From Bacillota bacterium (GTDB lineage: Bacteria > Bacillota > UBA5301): a stretch of DNA of 64,000 bases. Positions within the stretch are counted from its first letter, which is position 1. Each line of letters opens with the position of its first letter. Both the position numbers and the translations under genes were made by a program. The stretch covers positions 65,120 through 129,119 of the forward strand of contig JACDOJ010000002.1 in NCBI GenBank assembly GCA_017656135.1. Reading direction: 5' to 3'. Shown piece after piece: positions 8,866-18,697 of this stretch. The notes below the pieces were generated by a model. It worked only from the letters and a program-made list of their open reading frames with translations, did not search any database and was not told the origin of the DNA.

Positions 8866-10569
8866 ATGCTCACCGATTTGCATGTAGAGAACTTCATACT
8901 CATTGAAAGCCTGGATGTGGAGTTTGGCCCGGGTCTCAACGTAATCACCGGTGAGACCGGAACCGGCAAATCCATCCTCATGGAGGCCATCACTCTCCTC
9001 GGAGGAGGCCGGGGTTTTGGTGAACAGGTCAGAGCAGGCAGCGAGGAAGCCATCATCGAAGGGGCTTTCGATGTAACCGGGCTGGTCGGAGTCAAGGAGC
9101 TCCTTGCGGCAAAGGGTTTGACTGTCGGGGAAGGAACCCTTGTCCTCTCCAGGCGTATCCAGGTCAAGGGCCCTAACCGCTGCCGGATCAATGGCCAGTT
9201 GACCACGTTAGGGGACCTGACTGAGGTCGGCAGCAGTCTGATGGACATCCAGAGCCAGGGGGAACACTACTCTTTGCTTAGTCCCAAAGAGCACCTGAGA
9301 ATCTTGGATGCCTACGCAGGGGCGGAACTAGCCGCTATTAAAGGCGAGTACCAAGAACTTTACGCCAAATACAGCCGGCTCCAGGAGGAACTGACCAAAC
9401 TCAGCCAATCTGAAGCTGAGCGGGCCCGCCGTATAGACATGCTGAAATTTCAGGTGGAGGAGATCGCTGCCGCCGGTTTTCAGGAAGGTGAGGACCAAGA
9501 GCTCATCGAACGCCGCAACATCCTGCGGAACGCTGAGAGGTTGGCGGAAGAGACCTCAAAGGCCTATGGTTTGATCAGAGAGGGTTTTGGTGAGCTGCCA
9601 GGGGCTTTGGACAGCTTGCACGAGGCTGCCGCCAGTTTAGAGAAGATATGCCGGATTGACTCCAGCTGGGAGGAAACCCTTACCGGGTACAATGCTTTGC
9701 TCAGTTCTTTGGAAGAGGTGGCCGACCGGCTCAGGTCTTACTTAGAGGAGCTGAATTACGATAATGCCGAGCTGGACCAGCTGGAGTCCCGGTTGGCTCT
9801 GGCTGAATCCCTCAAGCGCAAGTACGGTCCGGAGCTGGCCGATGTCTTGGAGTACTTAGCCCAGGCCCGGGAAGAGCTGGCCACTTTGGAGACCTCAGAC
9901 CTCCGCCGAAAGGAGCTGGAAGCCAAGATTGACCAGGTGGCCACAGACCTGAGAGAGTTGGGTTTGGCCCTGCGCCGGAGGAGGGAAGAAGGGGCCAAAC
10001 GGCTGGAAGCAGCGGTCCAGGCTGGCTTAGCTGAACTGAGATTTACCGGAGCCAGGTTCACTGTCAAGGTGGAACCTCTAGAGGGTTTTCACCCGGATGG
10101 TATGGAGGAAGTGGAGTTTTTCTTCAGCGCCAATCCCGGAGAAGATCTTAAACCCCTCAACAAGGTGGCCTCCGGTGGCGAGCTTTCGCGGCTGCTTTTG
10201 ACGCTCAAAGGGGCCCTGGCCGCCTCTGAGGGGGTTCCGGTTCTTATTTTCGATGAGATTGACACCGGTACCAGCGGTCGGACGGCCCAGGCTATCGCCG
10301 AGAAACTTTACCAGCTTTCCCGGGACTATCAGGTCATCTGTGTGACTCACCTGCCCCAGATTGCAGCCATGGGCGACCGGCACATCCTGCTGGAGAAGGA
10401 AATCGACCCTCAAGGCCAAAGCACAAAAGTGTGTGTCCGCATCTTGAATGAGGATGAACGCATCGCTGAGTTGGCCCGACTCCTTGGCGGAGTGGCAGTG
10501 AGTGAAGCTACTTATCAAGCAGCCCGTGACCTTTTGAAGCAGGCGGAAGGATATAAAAAACCCTACTAG
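8866..10569 (+). CDS. recN: DNA repair protein RecN
   Basis: 567 aa SMC-like protein with Walker A 'GETGTGKS', a coiled-coil middle and 'LIFDEIDTG'. Confidence 0.9.
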   Translation: MLTDLHVENFILIESLDVEFGPGLNVITGETGTGKSILMEAITLLGGGRGFGEQVRAGSEEAIIEGAFDVTGLVGVKELLAAKGLTVGEGTLVLSRRIQVKGPNRCRINGQLTTLGDLTEVGSSLMDIQSQGEHYSLLSPKEHLRILDAYAGAELAAIKGEYQELYAKYSRLQEELTKLSQSEAERARRIDMLKFQVEEIAAAGFQEGEDQELIERRNILRNAERLAEETSKAYGLIREGFGELPGALDSLHEAAASLEKICRIDSSWEETLTGYNALLSSLEEVADRLRSYLEELNYDNAELDQLESRLALAESLKRKYGPELADVLEYLAQAREELATLETSDLRRKELEAKIDQVATDLRELGLALRRRREEGAKRLEAAVQAGLAELRFTGARFTVKVEPLEGFHPDGMEEVEFFFSANPGEDLKPLNKVASGGELSRLLLTLKGALAASEGVPVLIFDEIDTGTSGRTAQAIAEKLYQLSRDYQVICVTHLPQIAAMGDRHILLEKEIDPQGQSTKVCVRILNEDERIAELARLLGGVAVSEATYQAARDLLKQAEGYKKPY

Positions 10570-10640
10570 AGTTGCCAGCATAAAGCTCCTGCTAGGAGGA
10601 GAACCTAAACCCCGAAACGGCAACAAGGCAGGGGTTTTTT

Positions 10641-11942
10641 TTGTGGTCTAAAGCGTGGCGGATTACCAAGTTCATTTTTTGGTCTTTTTTATTTCTCGGG
10701 TTCGCTCTATGGTTCGGTTGGTTCAACATCAACTCCTCCCTGGGGATTCCGGAGCACTTTCGGCTGATCCAGGGGAGGGAGCAGTCTTTCTCCACCAAGT
10801 GGCCCCTTAAGGTCGGTCTCTCCTCAGATACTTCCGGTATCATCCAGGTTAAAAAAGGTTCAGAGTTCAAGATCACCCCTTTAAGGCCAGGAGAAAGTAG
10901 CTTGGACCTGAGCCTTTTTGGGGTTATTCCCCTAAAAGACCGGGTGATTTCGGTAGTGCCGGAACTGAAGGTGGTTCCCGGCGGTGAATCCATTGGGGTG
11001 ATGTTAGCTGCTCAGGGGTTGATTGTAGCTGAGCTGGCCAGGGTCAGGGATCTGGACGGCCGGCTGGTTTCTCCGGCGGCTGAGGCCGGGGTCCGTCCAG
11101 GAGACCTTCTGATCCAGATCAACGAGGTAAAAATCAACGATCCCCTAGATGTGGAAGCCGCCCTCAGAAAGGCCAACCCTTCCCAAGTGACCTTGAAGAT
11201 CAAGCGGTCCGCCAAATACCTGACGATTCCGGTGAAGCCGGCGGTGGTCCCTGGGGAACAAGGAGGCTATAAGCTGCGGTTAGGGATATATCTGGAGGAT
11301 ACGGCGGCTGGGGTCGGGACGCTCAGTTTTTACCATCCTGAGACCGGCAAGTATGCTGCCTTGGGCCACATGATCACCGACGCCCGTACTGGGGAAAAGG
11401 CGGAAATCACCGACGGCAGGATCGTCCCGGCTTTGGTTGCCGGCATCAGGAAGGGGATCCGGGGACAGCCTGGGGAGAAAATAGGTGTTTTTCAGGACCG
11501 GGCGGCGAGCCTGGGCGTCATCTCCGAAAACTCGCCCATCGGCATTTTCGGCGTCTTAGAGGAGATTCCCAAGAAAGAGAAGGCGATACCTCTGGCCATG
11601 GCCCACGAGGTGGAGCCCGGTCCGGCTCAGATTCTGACGGTCATCGAGAATGACACTGTGGAGAGTTTCGAAATTGAGATCATTAAAGTCAACAGGCAAT
11701 CAGAGCCCAGCGGTAAGGGGATGGTAATTGAGGTTAAAGACCCCAGGCTGTTAGAGGTCACCGGGGGAATTGTGCAGGGCATGAGCGGCAGCCCCATTAT
11801 TCAAAAGGGAAAACTGGTAGGTGTGGTAACCCATGTTTTCGTCAACGATCCCACTAAGGGGTATGGAGTTTACGCCGAGTGGATGGCCTCGGAGGCCGGC
11901 ATCTTCTCTGACCTGGTCAAAAACCTAGAACCGGCAGCTTGA
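10641..11942 (+). CDS. spoIVB: stage IV sporulation protein B, S55 signalling serine peptidase
   Basis: N-terminal transmembrane segment, a PDZ domain and an S55 peptidase domain ('GMSGSPII'). It sits in the argR-recN-spoIVB-spo0A position. The TTG start is uncertain. Confidence 0.8.
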   Translation: MWSKAWRITKFIFWSFLFLGFALWFGWFNINSSLGIPEHFRLIQGREQSFSTKWPLKVGLSSDTSGIIQVKKGSEFKITPLRPGESSLDLSLFGVIPLKDRVISVVPELKVVPGGESIGVMLAAQGLIVAELARVRDLDGRLVSPAAEAGVRPGDLLIQINEVKINDPLDVEAALRKANPSQVTLKIKRSAKYLTIPVKPAVVPGEQGGYKLRLGIYLEDTAAGVGTLSFYHPETGKYAALGHMITDARTGEKAEITDGRIVPALVAGIRKGIRGQPGEKIGVFQDRAASLGVISENSPIGIFGVLEEIPKKEKAIPLAMAHEVEPGPAQILTVIENDTVESFEIEIIKVNRQSEPSGKGMVIEVKDPRLLEVTGGIVQGMSGSPIIQKGKLVGVVTHVFVNDPTKGYGVYAEWMASEAGIFSDLVKNLEPAA

Positions 11943-11992
11943 GCAGGAAGAAGCTGGAGCAGGTAGAAGTTACAGAATGGAGGTTTTTGACA

Positions 11993-12757
11993 ATGAGAAC
12001 TACCCGGGTTTTGATAGCCGACGACGAAATGGACTTAGCAGAATTACTTGCAGATGCCATCAGGCGGGTTTCCGACCTGTCTCTGGCGGGAGTTGCCCAT
12101 GACGGAGAACAGGCTCTTGCCCTCATTGATCAGGTCAAACCCGATGTGGTTCTTCTGGATATGATCATGCCCAAACTGGATGGGATAGCGGTCTTGGAGG
12201 AGCTCAAGCTCCGCTCTGGACCTAAACCTAAGGTTATAGCCCTAACAGCCCTGGGGGAAGCGGAGATGACCCAAAAAATCCTGGCTTTGGGGGCCAGTTA
12301 CTACATTATCAAGCCCTTTAAGACTGACCTTTTGCTCAGGAGGATCCGCCAGGTGGCTCAGGAGAAACCCGACTTGCGGCCTCTGGCCCTGCACCACCCT
12401 AATGTGGAAGTGGAAAGGAAAGTGGTAGAACTAGTCATCCAAATCGGCATCCCACCCTCTCTCAAAGGGTACAACTACGTCAAAGATGCTATTTTGATCG
12501 TCCTGGAAAACCCGGCTTACCTTACCGGGGTCACCAAGAAGCTATACCCGTACATTGCTGAGAAGTACGGCACGACCGCCGGGGTGGTGGAGCGTGCCCT
12601 GCGCAGCGCTATCGAGTACGCTTGGATGCACGGGGACCCCGATTACCTCTATTCCTTATTTGGCTCCACCATTAAGAGCAGCAAAGGCAAACCCACCAAT
12701 ACCGCTTTTATCGCCAGGGTGGCTGATTTGCTCAAATATGACTCCTCTACCGCATAG
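11993..12757 (+). CDS. spo0A: sporulation master regulator Spo0A
   Basis: Receiver domain 'VLIADDEMDLAELL...DVVLLDMIMPKLDG' plus the Spo0A-specific C-terminal DNA-binding domain 'GIPPSLKGYNYVKDAI'. Confidence 0.9.
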   Translation: MRTTRVLIADDEMDLAELLADAIRRVSDLSLAGVAHDGEQALALIDQVKPDVVLLDMIMPKLDGIAVLEELKLRSGPKPKVIALTALGEAEMTQKILALGASYYIIKPFKTDLLLRRIRQVAQEKPDLRPLALHHPNVEVERKVVELVIQIGIPPSLKGYNYVKDAILIVLENPAYLTGVTKKLYPYIAEKYGTTAGVVERALRSAIEYAWMHGDPDYLYSLFGSTIKSSKGKPTNTAFIARVADLLKYDSSTA

Positions 12758-12768
12758 GGGGTATTTGC

Positions 12769-13899
12769 ATGTTCCGCCCCATCAAAGGTGTGGCTAGGGT
12801 GGGAGACAAGACCAAAGCACTTGTTAAGAAACTTGCGCCTGGAGAGATAGCCGTAATTTGTCACCGAGACATGGACCAAGTGGCGGCGGAATCTCTCTGC
12901 CAAGCCAGAGTCAGTGCTGTGATTAATCGGCATCCTTTCATTAGCGGACGGTATCCCAATCGCGGACCCCTCTTCCTTATGGAACGAGGGGTTTTGCTTT
13001 TTGAACTGAACCCTGGTATTGAAGTTAAGGACTGGGAGGGCCGGCAGGTGGAGATCGATCCCGAAAAAGAGCTGCTGCTTTTGCCCTCGGGAGAGCAGGT
13101 CCGGGTGAGAGCTTACACCCAAGACCGTTTAGCTTCAGATCTGGCCAAGTCTCGGGTAAATGTCAACAGCGAGCTGGAAAAGTTCGTTACCAACACCTTG
13201 GAGTATGCCAAAAACGAGCTGGGTTTGGTCACCGGTGAGTACGAGGTTCCTGAGGTGGAGACGCCCATCAAAGGCAGGCACGCCCTGGTGGTGGTTCGTG
13301 GCAAAAATTACCATGAGGACCTCGCTGCCATTCGGAGCTACGTGGAGGAGCTTAACCCGGTGCTCATTGGGGTGGATGGCGGAGCCAACGCTCTTTTGGA
13401 ACTGGGGTGGCGGCCGGATCTGATTATCGGGGATATGGACAGTGTAACAGATGAAGCTCTGGTCTCTGGGGCAGAACTTATCGTTCACGGGTACCTGGAC
13501 GGCAGGGCTCCCGGAGCCGAACGTCTCCGGGAGATGGGTTTGAACTACAAAGTCTGGCACATCCCCGGTACCAGCGAGGACCTGGCTCTTCTCTTAGCCT
13601 ATGAGGCCGGGGCTGAGCTGATTGTGGCCGTTGGTACCCACTCCAACATGATGGATTTTCTGGATAAAGGGCGTCCCGGAATGGCCAGCACCTTTTTGGT
13701 AAGACTTAAAGTAGGGGAGATTCTGGTGGATGCCAAGGGCATCTATGCCTTGTACAAGGGCAGGCCCAGGGTATCTTACGCCCTGCCAATGCTGGTAGCT
13801 GCCGGTCTTCCCCTCTTGGTCATTATTTCTCTGACCGAACCCTTCAGGAGCTGGGTGAGGCTCTTGGTGATGTACCTGCAAACATCCCTGGGTTTTTAA
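12769..13899 (+). CDS. SteA-like protein (thiamine-pyrophosphokinase-like domain, C-terminal membrane anchor)
   Basis: 376 aa. The N-terminus resembles SteA of Actinobacteria. The hydrophobic C-terminal tail is 'LPMLVAAGLPLLVIISL'. Confidence 0.55.
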   Translation: MFRPIKGVARVGDKTKALVKKLAPGEIAVICHRDMDQVAAESLCQARVSAVINRHPFISGRYPNRGPLFLMERGVLLFELNPGIEVKDWEGRQVEIDPEKELLLLPSGEQVRVRAYTQDRLASDLAKSRVNVNSELEKFVTNTLEYAKNELGLVTGEYEVPEVETPIKGRHALVVVRGKNYHEDLAAIRSYVEELNPVLIGVDGGANALLELGWRPDLIIGDMDSVTDEALVSGAELIVHGYLDGRAPGAERLREMGLNYKVWHIPGTSEDLALLLAYEAGAELIVAVGTHSNMMDFLDKGRPGMASTFLVRLKVGEILVDAKGIYALYKGRPRVSYALPMLVAAGLPLLVIISLTEPFRSWVRLLVMYLQTSLGF

Positions 13900-13913
13900 G
13901 GTGGTCGCCCCTG

Positions 13914-14636
13914 ATGCTCATCGATTACCGATACCACATCATGACCCTGGTAGCAGTTTTTCTCGCTTTAGGGTTAGGGGTCCTCATCGGAGGAGCCCTC
14001 TTCAGTGATGAGAGCCTCCTGGAGAGCCAGGCTGAGTTAGTTAAACGTTTGGAACAGGACTTTCGCTCTCTTAGAGCCGAGAACCAGCGGCTCTCCCAGA
14101 GTCTGAACCTCTTGCGATTGGACTTGAACAGACAGCGGCAGTTCAGTCAGTGGCTGCTTCCCAAGGCCGTGGCGGGGAGGCTTGAAGGACAGAGTTTCGC
14201 TCTGGTCAGTGCAATCCCTCCGGACCGTCAGTACTTTTCTCAATTTACCAACCTGATCCAGCAGGCCGGGGGAAGACTCGTGGCCGAATTGAGCATTGAC
14301 CCCCAAAAGTGGAGGGAGGCGGGAAGAGCTGAATATCAGCAGTTGGCCGGGATTCTGGCCGTCGGCATCAGAGGACCGACCCTGACCAGCCTGGAGCAGG
14401 CAGGCTACATCCAGTTCTCCGGTAAGGAACCGTTTCCCGCCAGAGAAGTGCTTCTCTTGGAGGATGAGGATGATCCCGGCAGCCAGCTGGTCAAGGAGAG
14501 CCTGGTGGAGATGGGTCTTAGGGTTCACTCCCTTCCTGTTGGGGAAAGGACTATTGAAGAGCAGGCCAAATTTCTTTTTACCCTGATAGATGAGGTTCAG
14601 AATGAGCGCCATAACAGTGATCGTTCCGGCACATAA
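13914..14636 (+). CDS. SteB-like membrane protein (so-called 'copper transporter'/MctB family)
   Basis: 'MLIDYRYHIMTLVAVFLALGLGVLIGG' is the characteristic N-terminus of this family. It immediately follows the SteA-like gene. Confidence 0.5.
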   Translation: MLIDYRYHIMTLVAVFLALGLGVLIGGALFSDESLLESQAELVKRLEQDFRSLRAENQRLSQSLNLLRLDLNRQRQFSQWLLPKAVAGRLEGQSFALVSAIPPDRQYFSQFTNLIQQAGGRLVAELSIDPQKWREAGRAEYQQLAGILAVGIRGPTLTSLEQAGYIQFSGKEPFPAREVLLLEDEDDPGSQLVKESLVEMGLRVHSLPVGERTIEEQAKFLFTLIDEVQNERHNSDRSGT

Positions 14637-15279
14637 CGAGGCTGAGCAGATCGGTACCACCCTCCAGGGGATCCTGGAGCGCCGCCGGCACCATCAGGTG
14701 ATCGTAGTTGATGACGGCTCCCAAGATCAAACCCCAGAGATAGCAGCCAGTCTCGGAGTACACCTGGTTCGGCTGCCGAAAAATGTCGGAAAGGCCAAAG
14801 CTGTGGAGGCCGGACTCTCTCTGGCCACTGGAGAGATCATCGTCCTCCTTGATGCTGATCTTGGACCAACCGCCCGTTACTGGCCACGCCTGGTAGAACC
14901 CTTGCTAACCGGGGAGGCTCAGATGGCTGTGGCCCTTTTGACCTCCCCGGCAGGGACAGGTGGGATGGGCTTCGTCCGGAAGTTAGCCAATTGGGGCCTG
15001 TACTTTTTGACCGGTCAGCGTTTTCCGGCGGTTCTCTCTGGACAGCGGGCCTTCTTTCAAGCCGATTTACCCAAGCTTTTACCCCTCGGCTCCGGGTTCG
15101 GTTTAGAGCTGGCTTTGACCGTCCGGGCCATCAGAGGCGGTTTGACCCTGGCCCAGGTCCCACTGCCGATAGAACATGACTACACCGGCCGGGATTGGGC
15201 CGGTTTTGCCCACCGTTCCCGTCAGTTCCGGGATATTTTCCAGACCATTCTTTGGCTGAGACGGGATGGAAAGCCTTGA
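14602..15279 (+). CDS. family 2 glycosyltransferase (polyprenyl-phosphate sugar synthase-like)
   Basis: 'ITVIVPAHNEAE' and 'VIVVDDGSQDQT' are GT-A fold signatures. 'LLDADLG' is the DxD motif. Confidence 0.75.
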   Translation: MSAITVIVPAHNEAEQIGTTLQGILERRRHHQVIVVDDGSQDQTPEIAASLGVHLVRLPKNVGKAKAVEAGLSLATGEIIVLLDADLGPTARYWPRLVEPLLTGEAQMAVALLTSPAGTGGMGFVRKLANWGLYFLTGQRFPAVLSGQRAFFQADLPKLLPLGSGFGLELALTVRAIRGGLTLAQVPLPIEHDYTGRDWAGFAHRSRQFRDIFQTILWLRRDGKP

Positions 15280-16136
15280 ACCACTGGGAGATCGCTTTGG
15301 GCCTCGCTACAATTGCTGCGGCAGCTACCGGTCTGGTGCTTCCCTGGCTGGTAGGGCTGCATGAAAGGGCCGGTTGGGTGAACAGCAACTATCGGGGGGA
15401 GGAGATACCCACCGGAACCGGTCTCTTGCTCTTGGCCGGAATCACTGCAGCCTGGGCTTGGCTGGGCTTGTTAGCCCGCCTAGGTGTAGTTCCTCCCACA
15501 AATGCCCCGGTGGGGGCCGGAGCCACCTTGATTTGGAGCTTCGCGCTGTTAGGTTTCTTAGATGATGTGGGCGGCTCAGGGGAACACGGTGGCTTTAGCA
15601 GCCACTTCCGTTCACTGGCTCAGGGCAGGTTGACCACAGGGGGGCTGAAGGCTCTGGGAGGGGGATTGGTTGCCGCCTATGTTGCTTTGGAGGTGGTCCC
15701 GGATTGGCTGGGAGTCGTGGTCGGAGCCTTGACTCTCGCTCTTGGTGCCAATTTTTTGAACCTACTGGACCTTAGACCGGGTCGGGGTATCAAAGGTTAT
15801 CTGGTTCTGACTTTCCTGGGGCTGGTGGGTTCAGGCTTTGCTCCCGAAACCCTCGTGGTTGCAGCGGCAGGGATCGGGGCCAGTCTGGCCTTTTTGCCCG
15901 GGGATCTACGGGGTCAAATCATGCTGGGGGATGCCGGGGCCAATCTCCTTGGTGCCTTGGCGGGTTTTCAGTTTTTGACCGGCGGTGACCGCCTGCTCTT
16001 TTTTGTGGCTTTCACGGTTCTAGCAGGGTTGAATCTCTTGGCGGAGAAGGTTTCTTTTAGCCGTTTAATAGAGTCATCAGCGCTCCTGTCCTGGCTGGAC
16101 CGGTTGGGACAGGGCAAGCAAGGGGGAAAAGAATGA
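15195..16136 (+). CDS. MraY/WecA-family polyprenyl-phosphate N-acetylhexosamine-1-phosphate transferase (GT4 family)
   Basis: Polytopic membrane protein with 'LGFLDDVGG' (DD motif) and 'GANFLNLLDLRPG' (NxxNxxDGxDG-like). The true start is probably downstream of 15195. Confidence 0.6.
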   Translation: MGRFCPPFPSVPGYFPDHSLAETGWKALNHWEIALGLATIAAAATGLVLPWLVGLHERAGWVNSNYRGEEIPTGTGLLLLAGITAAWAWLGLLARLGVVPPTNAPVGAGATLIWSFALLGFLDDVGGSGEHGGFSSHFRSLAQGRLTTGGLKALGGGLVAAYVALEVVPDWLGVVVGALTLALGANFLNLLDLRPGRGIKGYLVLTFLGLVGSGFAPETLVVAAAGIGASLAFLPGDLRGQIMLGDAGANLLGALAGFQFLTGGDRLLFFVAFTVLAGLNLLAEKVSFSRLIESSALLSWLDRLGQGKQGGKE

Positions 16137-16990
16137 AATTTGGCTGTCACGTCTCCATCGCCGGTGGCCTGGATAAAGCCATAGCCCGGGGGAAGAAGTT
16201 GGGCTGTGAGGCCATCCAGATCTTCGCCAGCAATCCCAGGGGGTGGCGGGTCAAGAAACTGAACCCAGTTGAAGCGGTCAAGTTCAAAGAGGCCAGGGCC
16301 GAGTCGGAGATCGCCGTCGTGGCGGTGCATTCAACCTACCTGGTCAATTTGGCCTCGGCTAACCCCGAGATCCGGGAGAAATCGTACCAGCGGTTTAAAG
16401 AAGATGTGGAGAGGGCCGGTGAGATTGGGGCCGAGTTTATGGTCTTACATCCGGGAAGTCACGGAGGGGCCGGTTTGAATGCCGGAATCGATTTGGTCGC
16501 CGAGGCTTTGAGACGCCTCCAGGGGGAGTGCGAGCTGAAGACTACAGTCTTGTTGGAGATCGAAGCGGGGGGTGGCACCGAAATTGGTGGAACCTGGGAG
16601 AACCTGGTCCAGATAATGGAGAAACTTCCTGAACCCTCTGACTGGGTGGGGCTCTGCTTAGATACCTGCCACTCCTTTGCGGCCGGCTATGACCTGCGCC
16701 GGGAGGAAGGCTGGGAGGAGGTGCTGGGGCTCATTGATCGCCTCTGTGGTCTGGAGAGGCTGAAGCTCATCCACGCCAATGATGCTGCCGGAAGCCTCGG
16801 GGACCACTGGGACCGGCACGCCCACATCGGCCAAGGCAGCCTCGGGGAAGAGGGGTTTAAAGCCATGATGGCCCGGCCAGAGCTTTCAGAGCTGCCGGTG
16901 GTCCTGGAAACCCCCGAGGATGAATGGGGCAACTTCGCCACCAATTTGGCGGCGCTGCGCAGAATCTATCAGGAGAGGGAGAACCAATAA
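16133..16990 (+). CDS. nfo: endonuclease IV (AP endonuclease family 2)
   Basis: 'MKFGCHVSIAGG' and a TIM-barrel xylose-isomerase-like fold, with metal-ligand His/Glu residues conserved. Confidence 0.85.
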   Translation: MKFGCHVSIAGGLDKAIARGKKLGCEAIQIFASNPRGWRVKKLNPVEAVKFKEARAESEIAVVAVHSTYLVNLASANPEIREKSYQRFKEDVERAGEIGAEFMVLHPGSHGGAGLNAGIDLVAEALRRLQGECELKTTVLLEIEAGGGTEIGGTWENLVQIMEKLPEPSDWVGLCLDTCHSFAAGYDLRREEGWEEVLGLIDRLCGLERLKLIHANDAAGSLGDHWDRHAHIGQGSLGEEGFKAMMARPELSELPVVLETPEDEWGNFATNLAALRRIYQERENQ

Positions 16991-17078
16991 CTACCAGCTT
17001 TCGGCAGGTAACAGAAGAATTTTGTAGAATATGCGTAAATAATTAAGGAATGTCTATTTAGAGGTGAGAAGATTGCAG

Positions 17079-17825
17079 ATGAGGTCTGTGAGGGCAGGAT
17101 TTTTTTTACTTCTGCTTTTGGTGGGCTTTAGCTGGACAAGCTATGCCGCGGACTACCAGTACCATACGGTGGTGAAAGGGGATACCCTTTATAGCCTGGC
17201 TAAGGCCTATGGTTCTACAGTGGAGGAGATTATTGCCCTCAATGATCTGCCTGACTACACCATTAAGGTCGGGGACATCTTGAAACTGCCTGCCCCCAAA
17301 GAGGAGAGGGAACCTGGATTGTCTGTGGCCACCGTCTCCGTGGGCCTGTCCTTGCCTGCCCCCAAAGTGGAGAGACCGGTTTTCGAGGCGGAGAAACCTA
17401 CTCCTGAGGTCCAGGAAGCTGTTGCCCGGAAAGATAGCCGGAAAGACAGCCAACCGGTAGTTAAGCTGACTCCTGAGGAAGTGGAGCTTTTGTCGAAACT
17501 GGTTCATGCAGAAGCCAGAGGCGAACCCTTGGAGGGGCAGATTGCTGTGGCTGCTGTGGTCCTTAACCGAGTAAAGCACCCCAGCTTCCCTAATACTGTC
17601 AAGGAAGTGATTTTCGAGCCTGGACAGTTTCTCAGCGTGGAAAATGGGATGATCAATCAAGAGCCTTCTGAAAGCTGCCGCAAGGCAGTGGAGTATGCCC
17701 TCCAGGGACAAGATCCTTCCGGCGGTGCTCTCTTTTTCTACAATCCTAAGAAATCTAAGGCTTTGGCCTGGTGGCAGACCCGCAAGACCACTGCAGTCAT
17801 CGGGGACCACAATTTTGCCATTTGA
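17079..17825 (+). CDS. LysM-domain cell-wall hydrolase, SleB-like catalytic domain
   Basis: Signal peptide, LysM domain 'YHTVVKGDTLYSLAKAYGSTVEEIIALN', a PAPK-repeat linker and a SleB-type hydrolase domain 'VHAEARGEPLEGQIAVAAVVLNRV'. Confidence 0.8.
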   Translation: MRSVRAGFFLLLLLVGFSWTSYAADYQYHTVVKGDTLYSLAKAYGSTVEEIIALNDLPDYTIKVGDILKLPAPKEEREPGLSVATVSVGLSLPAPKVERPVFEAEKPTPEVQEAVARKDSRKDSQPVVKLTPEEVELLSKLVHAEARGEPLEGQIAVAAVVLNRVKHPSFPNTVKEVIFEPGQFLSVENGMINQEPSESCRKAVEYALQGQDPSGGALFFYNPKKSKALAWWQTRKTTAVIGDHNFAI

Positions 17826-17899
17826 CGAGCTTACGGCAAATACTTTTTGAGCCTCCTGTCGCATAAACATACTGCGATGAAGCACAGGAGGTTTTTGTT

Positions 17900-18697
17900 A
17901 TGGTCATCTATGTGCCTGGCCGGCGCTGGCGGCTTTTGGCCTGCGGCGTTCTGGCTTTAATGGTTCTCTTTTTCCTGCAGGGTTTGGCCTGGCAAGGTGC
18001 GGTCGCCGTTTTCAGCAGGCTGACAGAGAATCGGATTTTGCCTATCTATGAAGTAGATAGACCCGATAAAGCTATCTCCATCTCCTTGGATGCGGTCTGG
18101 GGGGCGGAGTACACCAACTCTTTCCTGGAGCTATTTGAAAAAGAAGGCATCAAGACTACCTTCTTTTTAGGCGGGTACTGGCTGGAAAAATACCCGGAAC
18201 TGGCCCGGAAGATCGTGGCTTCTGGCCATGAGATCGGCAATCACACCTATTCCCATCCCCATCTGAACTCCCTCTCCCGGGAGGAGATCCGGCACGAACT
18301 GGAGCGGAACCACGCTCTGATTGTGGAGATCACCGGGTTCACTCCCACCCTTTTTCGGCCTCCTTTCGGGGAATACAGCAACAAGGTGATTGAAGTAGCC
18401 GAGGCGGTCGGCTACAAAACCATTCAGTGGAGCATCGACTCTCTGGATTGGCGAAACCCTTCGGTGGATTACATTGTCAACCGGGTCATGTCCCAAGTTA
18501 GACCCGGGTCCATAATCTTGTTCCATAACAACGGGGTTAATACCCTGGCAGCTTTAAAGGTTCTCTTGCCGCGGCTGAAGGCCGATGGTTTCCAGATCGT
18601 TCCCATCTCCCAATTAATCTATACTGAAAACTACTGCATCGATGCCAACGGAGTCCAGCGCCGGCTACCCATGGCCCAAAGGGGTGAGGAGCGGTGA
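17900..18697 (+). CDS. polysaccharide deacetylase (NodB homology domain), membrane anchored
   Basis: N-terminal transmembrane segment, a NodB domain with 'HTYSHP', and 'LDAVWG' replacing the classical TFDDG motif. Confidence 0.75.
   Translation: MVIYVPGRRWRLLACGVLALMVLFFLQGLAWQGAVAVFSRLTENRILPIYEVDRPDKAISISLDAVWGAEYTNSFLELFEKEGIKTTFFLGGYWLEKYPELARKIVASGHEIGNHTYSHPHLNSLSREEIRHELERNHALIVEITGFTPTLFRPPFGEYSNKVIEVAEAVGYKTIQWSIDSLDWRNPSVDYIVNRVMSQVRPGSIILFHNNGVNTLAALKVLLPRLKADGFQIVPISQLIYTENYCIDANGVQRRLPMAQRGEER

Noticed and set aside
8559-9248. 229-aa minus-strand ORF inside argR/recN
   Set aside because: It is antisense to two well-supported genes, has a Pro/Ser/Arg-rich low-complexity product and no RBS or start context.
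11940-11995. Sigma-H or Spo0A-box promoter elements ahead of spo0A
   Set aside because: 'acaGAAT' resembles a sigma-H -10, but no properly spaced -35 (AGGAWWW) or 0A box (TGTCGAA) could be aligned. This is insufficient to call a promoter.
17106-17885. 259-aa minus-strand ORF covering the entire LysM/SleB hydrolase gene
   Set aside because: It has no recognisable domains and a Arg/Leu/Gly-rich composition typical of antisense frames in GC-rich DNA. The + strand gene has clear LysM and SleB homology.
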